This document shows, in pieces, positions 35,769 to 49,234 of a stretch of 64,000 bases of DNA. The position numbers and the translations under genes were made by a program. Source of the stretch: Mustelus asterias (Eukaryota); assembly GCF_964213995.1 (NCBI RefSeq), contig NC_135828.1:30504001-30568000 (forward strand), written 5' to 3'. The notes under the pieces are model-generated. The model was given only the letters and a program-made list of their open reading frames with translations, was not told the DNA's origin and did not search any database. How positions within the stretch are numbered: the stretch's first letter is position 1; each line of letters starts with the position of its first letter.

Positions 35769-35821
35769 CTCTGGAAGCTATGAATATTTCATTGGAGACG
35801 GGACCAAACTAACTCTGTTGG
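35769..35821 (+). CDS. TRBJ: TRBJ segment (J7), non-canonical IGDG motif
   Basis: SGSYEYFIGDGTKLTLL + G|GTGAG. 12-RSS AGTTTTGGC-12-TACTGTG at 35741-35768. Confidence 0.88.
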
Positions 35822-36200
35822 GTGAGTGGATTTTTAAAAATCCATTCACTTAATGCTCCCTCCGTCGTTTGCGTTCGCAAATGAAAAGAACGCGTTAGAA
35901 AATTAATCATCTTTTATTTTTCAAGTAAACATTTCCAGTACGCAATCCTAAAGTCAGACTTCTTTGAAAATATTTCAACGTGACATTACTGTGAAACACA
36001 ATGTTTTTTGTCTGTCTGTAATTTGTTTGCGAGATTTTACAAGCCGCGACGCCGGTATTCATTGCCCATCCACAATTGCACTTGAGGAGTGGCTGTTAGG
36101 GAGCTGCGTCTTTAGAATCTCCTCATTGATTCTCATTAGCTGTTACAGCTAAGTTTAAACTATGCCCACCTTGTTTTATCATCCTACTGTCCTCCTCATG

Positions 36201-38773
36201 TAGAAACATAGAAACATAGAAAACTATAGCACAAAACAAGCCCTTCGGCCCCCCAAGTTGTGCCGAACACATCCCTACCTTTTAGGCCGACCTATAACAC
36301 TCCATCCTATTAAGTCCCATGTACTCATCCAGGAGTCTCTTAAAATACCCTATTGAGTTTGCCTCCACCACCACTGACGGCAGCCGATTCCACTCGCCCA
36401 CCACCCTCTGTGTGAAAAAACGTCCCCCTAACATTTCCCCTGTACCTACCTACCCCCCAACACCTTAAACCTGTGTCCTCTCGTAGCAGCCATTTCCACC
36501 CTGGGAAAAAGCCACTGAGAGTCCACCCGATCTATGCCTCTCAACATCTTATCTACCTCTATTAGGGTTCCTCTCATCCCACGTCTCTCCAAGGAGAAAA
36601 GACCGAGCTCCCTCAGCCGATCCTCATAAGGCATGCCACTCAATCCAGGCAACATCCTTGTAAATCTCCTCTGCACCCTTTCAAAGTTTTCCACATCCTT
36701 CCTGTAATGAGGCGACCAGAACTGAGCATAGTACTCCAAGTGGGGTCTGACGAGGGTCCTATATAGGTGCATCATTATCCCCGGACTCCTAAACACAATC
36801 CCTCGATTGATAAAGGCCAGCACACCATACGCCTTCTTAACCACCTCCTCCACCTGCGGGGCCGATTTTAGAGTCCTATGGACCCGGACCCCAAGGTCCT
36901 TCTGATCCTCTACAGTACGAAGAGTCTTTCCCTTTATATTGTACACCTTCATCCCATTTGACCTGCCAAAATGGACCACTACGCATTTAGCTGGGTTGAA
37001 GTCCATCTGCCACTTCTCCGCCCAGTCTTGCATCCTATCTATGTCCCTCTGTAACTTCTCACATCCCTCTAGTCTATCCACAACCCCACCAACCTTCGGG
37101 TCATCGGCAAATTTACCAACCCATCCCTCCACTTCCTCATCCAGGTCATTTATGAAAATGACAAACAACAAGGGTCCCAGAACAGATCCCTGGGGCACAC
37201 CACTGGTGACCGACCTCCAATTAGAAAAAGACCCATCTATACACACTCTCTGCCTCCTTTGGGCAAGCCAGTTCTGGATCCACAGGGCAGCAGCCCCTTG
37301 GATCCCATGCCCTCTCGCTTTTTCTAGAAGCCTTGCATGGGGGACCTTATCGAACGCCTTGCTAAAATCCACATCTACCGCTTTCCCTTCGTCAATGTGT
37401 TTAAGTCACATATTCGAAGAACTCCACCAGGCTCGTAAGGCACAATCTGCCTTTGACAAAGCCATGCTGAGAATTCTTGAGCATACTAAACCTCTCTAAA
37501 TGCTCATAACTCTTGTCCCTCAGGATCTTCTCCATCAGCTGACCAACCACTGAGGTTAGACTCACCGGTCGTTAATTTCCTGCGCTATCCCTATTCCCCT
37601 TCTTGAAAATAGGAACCACATCCGCAATCCTCCAATCCTCCAGCACCTCTCCCGTCTCCATCGATGACCCAAAGATCATCGCCAGAGGCTCTGCAATCTC
37701 TTCCCTCGCCTCCCACAGTAACCTGGGGTAGATCCCATCCGGACCCGGCCACTTATCTATCTTGATGCCATTCAAAGATTCCAGCACAACCTCTTTGTTA
37801 AAGTCCACATACTCAATCTTTTCAGTCCACCGCAAGCCCACAGTACATCCACCCATGTCCTTCCCCTCTGTGAAAATCGAGGCAAAATGTTCATTAAGCA
37901 CCTCTGCCATTTCTACTGGTTCCGTACTGATTTTCCCGCCTTCACCTTTTATAGGCCCTATTCCTTCACGTCTCATCCTTTTACTCTTCACATGTTTATA
38001 CAACGCCTTAGGGTTTTCCTTAATTCTACTTGCCAAGGCCTTCTCGTGGTCCCTTCTGGCTCTCCTAATTTCCTTCTTTAGTCCCTTCCTACAAGCCGTA
38101 TACTCATCTAGATCCCTATCTTCGCCAAGCTCTCTGAACATTTTGTACGCTTTCCTTTTCTTCTCGACGAGGTCCCGCACAGATTTCGTGCACCACGGTT
38201 CCTTTAACATACCAACTCCTCCCTGTCCGCTCGGAACATTGTCCTGTAGAACCCTAGACAGACATTCCTTGAAAAACTGCCACCTCTCTTCAGTAGATTT
38301 CCCCGAGAATACCTCCTTCCAATTTACTCCTCTAATTTGCTGCCTTATGCCTTCATATTTCCCCTTTCTCCATATAAACGCTTTCCTAGCTTCCCTGATC
38401 CTCTCTTTTTCCAATGCAAGCATAAAGGAGATAGAGTTATGATCGCTCTCCCCAAGATGCTCTCCCACTGAGAGATCTGAACCCCGTCCAGGCTCATTGG
38501 TCAGTATCAGATCAAGTTCAGCCTCTCCTCTGGTAGGCTTGTCCACATGCTGTGTCAGGAAACCCTCCTGAACACACCTAACGAACTCCTCTCCATCCAA
38601 TCCCCTTACCCTCTGGATATTCCAATCTATGTTTGGGAAATTAAAATCTCTCATTACAACAACTCTTGCTATTATTGCAACTCTCCAGGATCTGTTTCTC
38701 TATCTGCTCCTCCACCTCCCTGTCACTATTGGGCGGCCTATAGAAAACTCCCAGCAAAGTGATCGACCCCTTT
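36201..38773 (-). mobile_element. 5'-truncated CR1 LINE (partial APE + RT), same family as 8188-13440
   Basis: ORFs 37572-38654 and 36446-37372; tail at ~36201-36222. Confidence 0.92.
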
Positions 38774-39200
38774 CCATGTACCTATCCTTGCAATCTTCGC
38801 AACCTCTGCAAACCTCCGTCATCCCTGTTTTTTATCACTTCAGAACTCTCCAGTTTCCATCAGGCCAGCCTTGACGGTATTGCCGAGAAACGCTTCACAT
38901 TCTCTCCTTAAATTGCTATTATTCCCTCATCTCCATTGTCTTGAACCTGTTTATGAATTATTTAAATCGGTGTTTCCCTATCTATTCTGATATACACTTT
39001 CTTATTTAACCTGTCATCCAATCTGAGCACTTTCACATTGAGGGATGTTGGAAACGCCGTCTAAATGCATTTGGTTGCCCCCCTTTTCAAAATAGAAATG
39101 AAGAGGATGCCAGTCCACTGTTTGAACACATCTCTATGAAGACGGAAAGCTTGTCATTTTTAGCGTATTGGTTGTTTTAACGCTGACCTGTACCATTGGG

Positions 39201-39253
39201 GTAAAATAACTACGACGTTACGTTCGGTGACGGGACCAAAGTGTCCGTTGTCG
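39201..39253 (+). pseudogene. TRBJ: TRBJ pseudogene (J8P)
   Basis: NNYDVTFGDGTKVSVV, but the donor reads G|TTTAC and the heptamer is CATTGGG (39194-39200). Nonamer TGTTTTAAC at a 12-bp spacer. Confidence 0.8.
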
Positions 39254-41525
39254 TTTACAAGTCAAATAATTGCATTCAAGTTGCAGCGTGTAACTTCCAA
39301 TGGAAGTTGGCGTGTTTAATTAACGGATTGGCTTAATGCCAGCCTATCCCGAAAAACGATTCATGTGTTTCCAGCTCAGAGCAACATGACTACTGTTAAA
39401 ACATTTCAATAATATTCGCTTGAATAGCCTGAAGCTGCAGATTTATTATTTCTTAACCGCATTGCGAGACGTCTTCCCAATCAACGTACTTAACAATATT
39501 ATTGTGAAGTCTCTCCCTGTCCCTGGTTAACACACATACACTAATCGGAATAACCTCGAACCACTCACTTTATGGAATTCCGTAAATCCGGCTATGTTGA
39601 GATTCACAGTTCCCCTATATTGTCACGAAATTGCGCTCGAAATTTCTAAAATTCTGAGTTGAAAACGGTGTATCAAGATAAACTGCGAAATCTGAGACCT
39701 CAGTGAACAATAAGGTCTAAAGTCCTTCAGCAAAGCAGGATTGGTGTTAACTTAGTGATGGCCAAGAAGCCGAAATATTCGGGTGGGAGCAAATACAGAA
39801 GAGGGTGAGGCAGAAAAAATAAAAGAGACAAAAACAAAAATATGGTCAACTGCAAATAAGTAAAGAATAACATTCTAAAAGTATTCCAGAACAATTTTCC
39901 TCCTACTCAATTTAATGTATCCGACTTACAATTGTTCAATTTATGGGCCAACGTTGTTGAAGGATGTTGCATTAAAAATCTTCACGTCTTTTCAAATGAA
40001 TTGTGTATTGTTAATTGTCAAGACTGAAACCATTGTGGCCGATGAACTTTAGTGTTTTGGATAAAACATTTGATAATCTATTATTTGTGTTCTCCAACTG
40101 GCAAATGCACTTCAGTATTTCAGTTCTTCGGCAACAAGACAACTTAATATGTCATTTGACATGTAAAAGTTTCGACATGACAATAAAAACAAGACTGTGT
40201 TACCTAGGGAAGGATGTAATGACAGCAAATCTTGATTGATGTTGGTTGTCAGCCACACCAATAGCAAAATTCATATCAAGTGTGCAAATATTAAATTGAT
40301 TGCAGGACCAAATTAAATTTCCAATTTTGCAATGGGAGTAAGTCTCTTTTAGGGAATCAATAATCCATTATATTTAGGTTAAGCGACTAAGCCCACGGTT
40401 TTGGGTTAGTAAATGGAATGGAGATAGTTGTTTATCGCCACCTTTGGTTATGTGATTAAATGGCGGGGAAAGTGAGGGAGGTGTATCTACGGCATGGTCA
40501 ACTTTGATTTTCGTGCCAAATGCAACTGAGAACTGTTGAGAGGCAGTCATATTGTTGTGGCTCTGAAGTCAGATCAGGTTCAGGCTAGGCCAGACAAGAA
40601 TGGAAGATTTCCTTTCCTAAGGGACAATAGTACACCAGATAATTTCTGTTTTACAACAATTACTGATGATATTGAGTTCAGTTCTATATTTCCCAGAAAA
40701 CGTTTTTGAATTAACTTAATTAAATGTAAATTGTACTAGATGACGTCTCGCAAGAGCGTTTTCTCGTTCTTGTGGATCACTAATCCTGTGACATTTCACA
40801 ATAATAATACTTCCCCTCAAAACGTGATGCTTTAGACTGTTGAATGTTCTGTTGCTTCATTCAAAAGTTGGCCCTTATTTGTGGCACTCTATTGCCATTG
40901 TAATGTGAATGCTGTGATGCAGCTTGTACTTTGTAAGATACTTGGAGGATATTTGATTATTTTAAACATGCAGAGAATGCAAAGAGTTATCTAACGCCAT
41001 GTGCTTCGATGATAAAACATATTTAGTGTTTGGTTTATATGTTTGTTTTTCAGTATCTGGGGTCTTTCCATACATTTATCATGGGGAGAAAAGGGGATGG
41101 AATTAAATCCACAATACAGCAGGCTGCAAGAAATTAGCACACTTTAAACTAATAATACGGCATCTGAGCAACAAAGGAAGAAGCTGATGCCACTTAAGAT
41201 TGTTCACTCAAATTAATTTGAAATACAGTTACTTTCATTTTATTTGCACAGTATTTAATTCCATTTATCCTAAACTCAGCAAATGCCACAGTGACACAGT
41301 TGCAATCTAACTGTTGTTTATGGAAAATTTAATAGTTCATAGTGTTCTAAGTGTCCCAGTAAAGATTTTATATTAGCCATACGTTATCTGTTTTCAAGTA
41401 GCTCAATATAAAAAGTAGCACTTTCGAATCAAAGCGAAACAATGTGGACAATCCTACCGAATCAGAGATTCTTAATATTGCAATCGTTAGACCCATCAAT
41501 ATTGATAGTGTTTTCTAAAACTGTG

Positions 41526-41581
41526 CTCCTGATCAGGTTTCCTCCTCAGCTTCGGGGATGATAAAACATTAACAATGATAG
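41526..41581 (+). pseudogene. TRBJ: Decayed TRBJ relic (J9P)
   Basis: AACTGTG heptamer followed by S*SGFLLSFGDDKTLTMI + G|AT. Correct J geometry, but with a stop codon and a dead donor. Confidence 0.45.
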
Positions 41582-41944
41582 ATATGCAAAATAATGCAAT
41601 TTAGTATCCCAATTGTTGATCTGAAAAATAAAAAAAATGTACCTCTGCCAAAGTAAATTCCAATAGGCAAAGTTCAGCAAATATTTGTTTTCTGTCTTTT
41701 AATGTGAACATGGGAGGCTGAGTGGCGGCCTGATTGAAGTTTAGAAAATTATGAGACACACGGGTCGAATCGATAGTCCGAGTATTTTTCCCAGTGTAAA
41801 AATGCCAATTACCAGGTGACATAGGTTTATGGTAAAAGAGGAATCATTTAAAGGAGATGCGAGAGGCATTTTTTTTGGAGTGTGGTAAGTGTGCTACCAA
41901 AGGAGGTGGTAGAAGCAACTTTTACGAGGCTTCTTAACAGATAC

Positions 41945-42277
41945 ATAGAAACATAGAAACCCTACAGTGCAGAAGGAGGCCATTCGGCCCATCGAGTCTG
42001 CACCGACCACAATCCCACCCAGGCCCTCCCCCCACATATTTTACCCGCTAATCCCTGTAACCTACGCATCCCACGACTCTAAGGGACAATTTTTAACCTG
42101 GCCAATCAACCTAACCCGCACACCTTTGGACTGTGGGAGGAAACCGGAGCACCCGGAGGAAACCCACGCAGACACGAGGAGAATGTGCAAACTCCACACA
42201 GACAGTGACCCGAGCCGGGAATCGAACCCGGGATCCTGGAGCTGTGAAGCAGCAGTGCTAACCACTGTGCTACCGTG
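41945..42277 (-). mobile_element. tRNA-derived SINE
   Basis: Reverse complement of the 19999-20336 family; sits inside a decayed LINE 3' end. Confidence 0.88.
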
Positions 42278-42729
42278 ATGAGGGAGAGAATAGAGGGATA
42301 TAGACCATGTAGAGGCAAAATATATTTACTTTAGGAAGGCGTCATATGTCAGTGCAATCATGGTGGGCCAAAGTGCCTGTTCCTGTGAATTACTGTTCTT
42401 TGTTTATGATTAAAATGACTTTGGAAGAAAGGATCATAGTAGACTTGATAACAGATGCAGATTGTTGTAAAACAAATGAAAGGAGCCGGCTCTTCAGGAC
42501 AACCTGACCCAGCAAAGCATAAGAGGAAACATAGGATTAGGAACTGCCACGTGACATGATGAGACTACCTCAGAATTTAGTTATATCATTGTTGATCTGA
42601 CCCTTCTCACATCATGCCGTCTTCAGTTCCATAATTCTTAAATACAACAACCCAACAAAGTGATTGAATGTAATAAATAATGATCATAACTCGTAAATGG
42701 CATACGTGGTAAGTATCATGAAACTAATG

Positions 42730-44065
42730 GCCGCACAAGGTTAGATCACATGGGATTAGAGGTAATTTATTGGCTTTGATCATTGACTGGCTGATGGACA
42801 GAAGACAGAGAGTCGGGATATTTTTTTTCGTTCTGGACGTCAAGGAGTAATTAGTGGGATGCCACAGGTTTCGGTCTTTGGGCCCCAGATATTTGCAATC
42901 TACATTAATGAGTTGGATACAGGGATAGAGGTCTCTAGAGCCAAATTGGCAGACGGTAGACAAAGTAAGTTGGGACAGTAATGAGGAAATACAAACCTTG
43001 CAAATGGATAAATATAGTTTAGGAGAGTGGGCCAGAATGTGGCAGATGGAGCTTAAAGTGGGTAAGTGTGAGGTCATGCATTTTGGGTGGCAAAATGGGA
43101 AAGTGACTTATTCTAAATGGGAAGAGACTTCGGGGTGCTCCGGGGCAGAGGGATCTGGGTATCCTCGTTCATGAGTCACAGAAAACTAGAATCCAGATTA
43201 AGCAGACAATAAAGAACGCGAATGGAATGTTGGCATTTTTAGCTAAAGAAATAGAATATAAATGTTAGGAAGTAATATAGCAACTATACAAGGCATTGGT
43301 GAGGCCGCACCTGGAGTATTGTGACAGTTTAGGTCCCCTTATTTGCGGAAATATCATAGAATCCCGACAGTGCAGAAAGAGGCCACTTGGCCCATCGAGT
43401 CTGCACCGACCACAATCCCACCCAGGTCCTACCCCCATAGTTACCCGCTAACCCACGCATCTCTGGACACTAAGGGGCAATTTTAGCATGGCCAATCAAC
43501 CTAACCCGCACATCTTTGGACTGTGGGAGGAAACTGGAGCACCCGGAGAAAACCTACGCAGACACGAGGAGAATGTGCAAACTCCACACAGACAGTGACC
43601 CAATCCAGGAACCGAACCCAGGTCCCTGGAGCTGTGAAGCAGCAGTGCGAACCACTGTGCTACCGTGCCGCCCTGTATGTAATGGCATTGGAGGCAGTTC
43701 AGAGGAGATTCACTCGATTGATTCCAGAGATGAGGGGTTTGTCGTATGAAGAAAGATTGAACAGTTTAGGCCTATACACTCTGGAATTTAGAAAAATGAG
43801 GGGTGATCAAATTGAGGTATGCAATATGATAAAAGGTATGGTTAAAGTAGACGTGGAGCAGATGCTTCCTCTTGTGGGACATTCTAGGACGAGAGGCCAT
43901 AGTCTTAGGATATAGGGTAGCAAATTTAAAACAGAGTTGAGGAGAATCTACTTCTCCCAAAAGGAAGTTAATCTGTGGAATTCGCTACCCCAAAGTGCGG
44001 TGGATGTTGGGACAGTGAGGAAATTTAAGGAGGAGTTAGACAGATGTTTAATTACTAAGGGGTTC
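42730..44065 (+). mobile_element. Decayed CR1 LINE RT fragment containing a SINE (43356-43673, -)
   Basis: RT remnants (ALEAVQRRFTRLIP..). The SINE is homologous to 41945-42277. Confidence 0.75.
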
Positions 44066-44069
44066 AAAG

Positions 44070-44780
44070 GTTATCTTTCAGATGTCTCAGAAAGGACAGA
44101 GAGGGAGGCAAAAGGGGGGGGGGGGAGTGGCACTGCTGATCAGAGATAGTGTCACAGCTGTAGAGAAGGTGGAAGCTGTGGAGGGATTGTCTACGGAGTC
44201 CCTGTGGGTGGAAGTTCGGAGCGGGAAGGGGTCGATAACTTTGCTGGGTATTTTCTACAGGCCGCCCAATAGTAACATGGATGTTGAGGAGCAGATAGGG
44301 AAACAGATCCTGGAGAGATGTAGGAATAACAGTGTTGTCGTGATGAGAGTCTTTAATTTCCCAAACATCGATTGGAATATCCCTAGGGTAAGAGGTTTGG
44401 ATGGGGAGGAGTTGGTTAGGTGTGTTCAGGAGGGTTTCCTGACACAGCATGTTCATAAGCCGACAAGAGGAGAGGCTCGATCTGGTACTGGCTAATGAGC
44501 CTGGTCAGGTGTCGGATCTCTCAGTGGGGGATCATCTTGGGGATAGTGTTCATAACTCTATCTCCTTTACGCTAGCATTGGAAAGAGATAGGATCAAGCA
44601 AGCTAGGAAAGTGTTTATCTGGATTAAGGGGGAATATGAAGCCATATTTGAAGGAGGCATTCTCGAGGAAAAGTCCTGAAGTAAGGTGGCAGATTTTCAA
44701 GGAATGTTTGTCTGGAGTTCTGCATGACAACGTTCCGATGAGACAGGGAGGTGTTGGTATGATACGGGAACCGTGGTGCC
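44070..44780 (+). mobile_element. CR1 ORF2 endonuclease (APE) internal fragment
   Basis: GGGVALLI..FYRPP..FNFPNIDW; homologous to 11050-11900. Confidence 0.85.
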
Positions 44781-45869
44781 TGTTTTACTCTATGCTTACC
44801 TTACACACCAATAAATAAGGGGCGTAAACAATGTCATTGTTACTGTACGACAAATTGGGCTTTTGAAATTGTTATAGTTTCCTGGTGGGTCTGTGGCATT
44901 GCGATTGCAGATATTAATTGTCATTCTGAATCTAACTCAAAATTAACAGTGTTCGCTAAGTAAAACAAGAAAAAGTCCCCCGTGTAAGCTTATGAGGCAA
45001 ATAAAACGTACATCGTTTGTTGCATATTTTATCAATGGCATTGCACTCCAACAGACAACACAAGGCAATATGTTTGACCTGTCTCCCTAGGCTTTCTACG
45101 TTTTCACTTACAATCAAATTATTTTAATGATAACGTTTATGTTTATTTCGCAAAACTTCTGATTAGTGTCTGAGAAATAAAAACAAAATATGATGAATGT
45201 AAACGGGAAATTGATCAAAATAGTGCCATTGACGAATGAATTCAGTTGGACGGGGAAATGGAGAGGATGAACATACGACTACTTTAAAAAGAGAAGAAAA
45301 TATTTAATCAGTATGATAGAAATCATTATTTATTTCGTTAAAGCAAAGATATTTAAACACTGCCTGATAGAAGACCTCCAGATACCCGAGGCAAGATATG
45401 ATTCAAGACACCAGGGGAAAATATAGGGACCCGCATTCAAATTGCACTAAGGCAGATGATGACATTTGAATTCAATAAATTATAAACTGATGGCCATAAA
45501 GTGATTGGCGATTATGACAAAAAGAACAAGACTTCAACTAAGTAATTTGGGAAGAAAATCTGCCACCGTCACCTGGTCTGCTCAACATGTGACTCAAAAT
45601 CCACAGCATTATTGTTGACAGAATACCTGCAATGCAGAAGGAAGCCATTCAGCCCATCGAGTTTGCACTGTCTCTCCAGCAGAGCACCTTACCCAGCTCC
45701 ATCTGTCGCCCTATCCCCATAACCCAAGTATTTATCCCGCTTATCAACCAAACCTATACATCTTAGAACACTGAGGGACACCTTATCATTGCCAATCGAT
45801 CTAACTTGACTGTGGAGGAAACTAGAGCCGCAGAATGAACCCAACGCAGACCCAAAGAGAATCAACAAC

Positions 45870-47830
45870 ACAAGAACGCAGGAAGCAGAGGTAGGGGTAG
45901 GCCATTCGGCTCTTCAATCCAGACCAGCCATTCAATGCAATCATGGCTGCTATATGCCAGCCTCAGTTCCTTTTCTGTGCAATTCCCCCACCGCCCTCTA
46001 TTCCTCAAACTATAAAATAGTTATATAATTCCACATTAAATACTTCTAATTATCCAGCCTTCACCATCCTTTCGGTTAGAGAATTCTAGAGATGCACGAC
46101 CCCCCGCAAGATGAACAAAAAATCAACAAACCTTAGTATTTAATGTCCGGCCTTCTATCTTGTAGCTATATTCCCTTGTTCGAACTTCTCCCACCAGTGA
46201 AAAATTCTCACCATCGATCCTGTCAATTTGATTAGTATCTTAAATGTTTGAAAAAAAGTCACCCTTCACACTTCTCAATTCCAAGGAATGCAGAGTTTAG
46301 TGTCTCGTGATCGGACAACCCTCTCATCCCAGAAATTAGCCCCGTGAATCTCCCCTGGACTGTCTCTAATGTTGTTATATTCTGTTTTAACTAAGGGACT
46401 TACACTGTATTCAGTGTTCCAGTTGAGGCCTTATTCTGTACAATTACAGCAAAACCTCTGCTTTGTAATTAATGCCACAATGCAGTTTGCCTTCTTAACT
46501 ACTTGTTGGAACTGCCTGCTAGCTTTATGTGATTCATGCAACAGGTCACTTAGATCCCTCTCTACTTCACGCACCAGCAGTCTCTCTCCAGTTAGATAAT
46601 AACAAGCCTTTTGATTCCTCCTGCCAAATTTCATGATCTCACATTTGCCCACATTAAACTCCATTCGCCAGGTTTCCGCCCAGATATCCAATCAATCTAT
46701 ATCCCATTGCAGAATCGCAATATCTTCATTACAACCTTCACTTCCACCTTTGATTTGATTTCATTTGATTTATTATTATCACATGCATTAACAGACAGTG
46801 AAAAGTATTGTTTCTTGTGCGCTATACAGATAAAACGTGGCGTTCATAGAAAAGGAACCAAGAAAGTGCAGAATGTAGTGCTACAGTCATAGTTAGGGTG
46901 TAGAAAAAGATCAACTTAATGCGAGGTAAGTCCATTCAATAGTCTGACAGCAGCAGGGAAGAAGCTGTTCTTGAGTCGGTTGGTCCATGACCTCAGACTT
47001 TTGTATCTTTTTCCCGAAGGAAGAAGGTGGAAGAGAGAATGTCCGGGGTGCGTGGGGTCCTTAGTTATGCTGGGTGCTTTGCCGAGGAAGTGAGAATTGT
47101 AGACAGAGTCAGTGGATGGGAGGCTGGTTTGCATGACGGACTGGGCTACATCCATAATCTTTTGTAGTTCCTATCATCGTATCATTGACAATTTTTAAAA
47201 GTTTACATTCTGTTCCTTCCTCCAGGCCACTACTGTAAATAGTGAACAATTGTGGGCCAAGAACTGATCCACTTATATTCCCTCCTGAATACAACACATT
47301 TATTCCAACTCTGTTTTCTATCTGACAACCAGTTTTCAATCATGCTGACACACTTGCTCCAATTCCATGGGTTTTACTTCATGCACCAGCCTCCTATGCG
47401 GCATCTGGTCAATGCCTTTTGGAAACCTATGTACACTGCCTTTACAGGTTCGCTTCTATCTATTTTCTCAGTGAGGTAATCAAAAATCCGAGCAAATTTG
47501 TCAAGCATGATTTACCTTTTATGAAACAATGTTGACCAGATTTGATGATATTCAGCTTACCAAACTGATTAGCGATTTCTTCTTTGATTATTGACTCCAA
47601 TATTTTGACAATAATAGATGTTAAAATAACTGACTGAGGTTTCCCTGCATTCTGCCTTACTCCCTTTTGTAACAATGGCGTCACTTTGTCTGTTTTCCAA
47701 TATTCTGGTACCCTTCTGGTAATTAGCAAGTCATGCAAAATTCATATTCATGCGTCCACTAACTCTGTATCTGCTTCCACGATAATTCCAGATATGCAGC
47801 TCATTGGGTCGTGGCAACTTGGCTGCCATT
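45870..47830 (-). mobile_element. Decayed CR1-type LINE, interrupted at ~46750-47160
   Basis: RT remnants in ORFs 46431-46691, 47109-47339 and 47460-47738. Boundaries approximate. Confidence 0.65.
46750..47160 (-). mobile_element. 3' end of a different LINE clade (Rex1/Babar-like)
   Basis: DPTHPGHSLFHLLPSGKRY..TNRLKNSFFPAAVRLLN C-terminal signature. Confidence 0.7.
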
Positions 47831-47959
47831 AACCCTTTGAGTTTTTCCAACATTGTAGTTTGTGCAAAATCCACAGACTGACATCTAAGGCTGGAATCAA
47901 ACACAGGACCCTTGTGCTTTGAAGCAGCAGTGGTAACAACTGTGCCACCGTGGTTAGTT

Positions 47960-48900
47960 CACGTTGGAGTACTGATAATTTATTCACTCGGATAGAGGGT
48001 TGGCTAACCAACAGAAATCAGAGAGTTGGGATAATACATCTTTTTCACGTTGGCAAGATGTAACGATTGGAGCCCCACAGTGTTCAGTCCCTAGGTAGCA
48101 ACTATTGACAATCTATTTTAATGACTTGGATGCAGGGATAGTAGGGACCTTAGCCACATTCACAGATGACACTATAATATGCGGGCTAGTAATTTATGAT
48201 TATGAAATAAGGAATTTCAAATTGATATGGATAGATGAAGTGAATGGGGCAAACATTAGCAGATGGAGGTCAGCGTAGATAAGTGTAAGATTACCCATTT
48301 CGGTCGAAATAATAAAAGAGCAAATTGTCATCCAAATTGAGATAAACTTTGGAGTGCTTCGGTGCAGTGGGATCTGGGCGGCCTCGTGCATATATCACAG
48401 AATGTTATTATGCACCTACAGCAGTTAGTCAGTGCGGAAAGTGGATTCTTCGCATTTATTGTTTAAGGAATAGAATATAAAATTCGTGAATAGTTGCTAC
48501 GACTGTACAAAGCATTAGTGAGACTGCACTTAGAAAGTTGTACAAGATGATAAGGAGAATTGACAAAATAGACTGGAGAGTATGTGTCCTCACGTGGGGC
48601 ATTCTAGAAGAAGAAGGCATCCCCTCAGGCTAAGGGCTACTAGATTAAAACAGAGATTAGGAGAAATTACTTCCCTCAGTGTGTTGTGAGTCTTTTGAAT
48701 ACACTACCCTCGTGTGGTAGATGCCGGGATTTGAGTTGTTTTAAGGATGAGATGGACAGATTTTTAATTAGTAAACGTTTAAAGGGTCATGGTGAACGGG
48801 AAAGAAAGTGAAGTTGAGGCCGAGATTAGATCGGCTATGGTCGTATTACATACTTGAGCAGGCTCGAGGGAATAAGTTGACTTCTCATGAACATTATAAG
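47960..48900 (+). mobile_element. Decayed CR1-type LINE RT/3' fragment
   Basis: Degenerate GVPQGS and FADD-region nucleotide similarity to the other copies. Confidence 0.6.
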
Positions 48901-49234
48901 TTTTTTTGAGTCTACTAAACGTCGCAAAATACAACGCCCAAACAATTTTTAAAAAACGGCCCAGCTTCTTTATTGGACAACTTTGCACGGCTAAGAGCTC
49001 TGTCAGCTGACTCCTCAAGGTACTCCTTATTCGAGAAAATATGTCTAGCCTGTCGCATCCCCCCTCTTTTAATAACCCCCTATTTGGTATGCAAATGTTT
49101 TAGCACACTGTTCCACTTTCTGTAAAACTTCTTTCATATTCTGGTCAAAGCCGAACTTCACAACATCCTCGATATGTCTTTATTATTTCATGGTACGTGG
49201 GCGTCGCTGGCAAAGACAGTATTTGTTGCCCATC

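Noticed and set aside
40397-40480. GGTTTTGGG and FGYVIKW..GTGAG, possible J relic
   Set aside because: No heptamer at the 12-bp spacing and too degenerate to support
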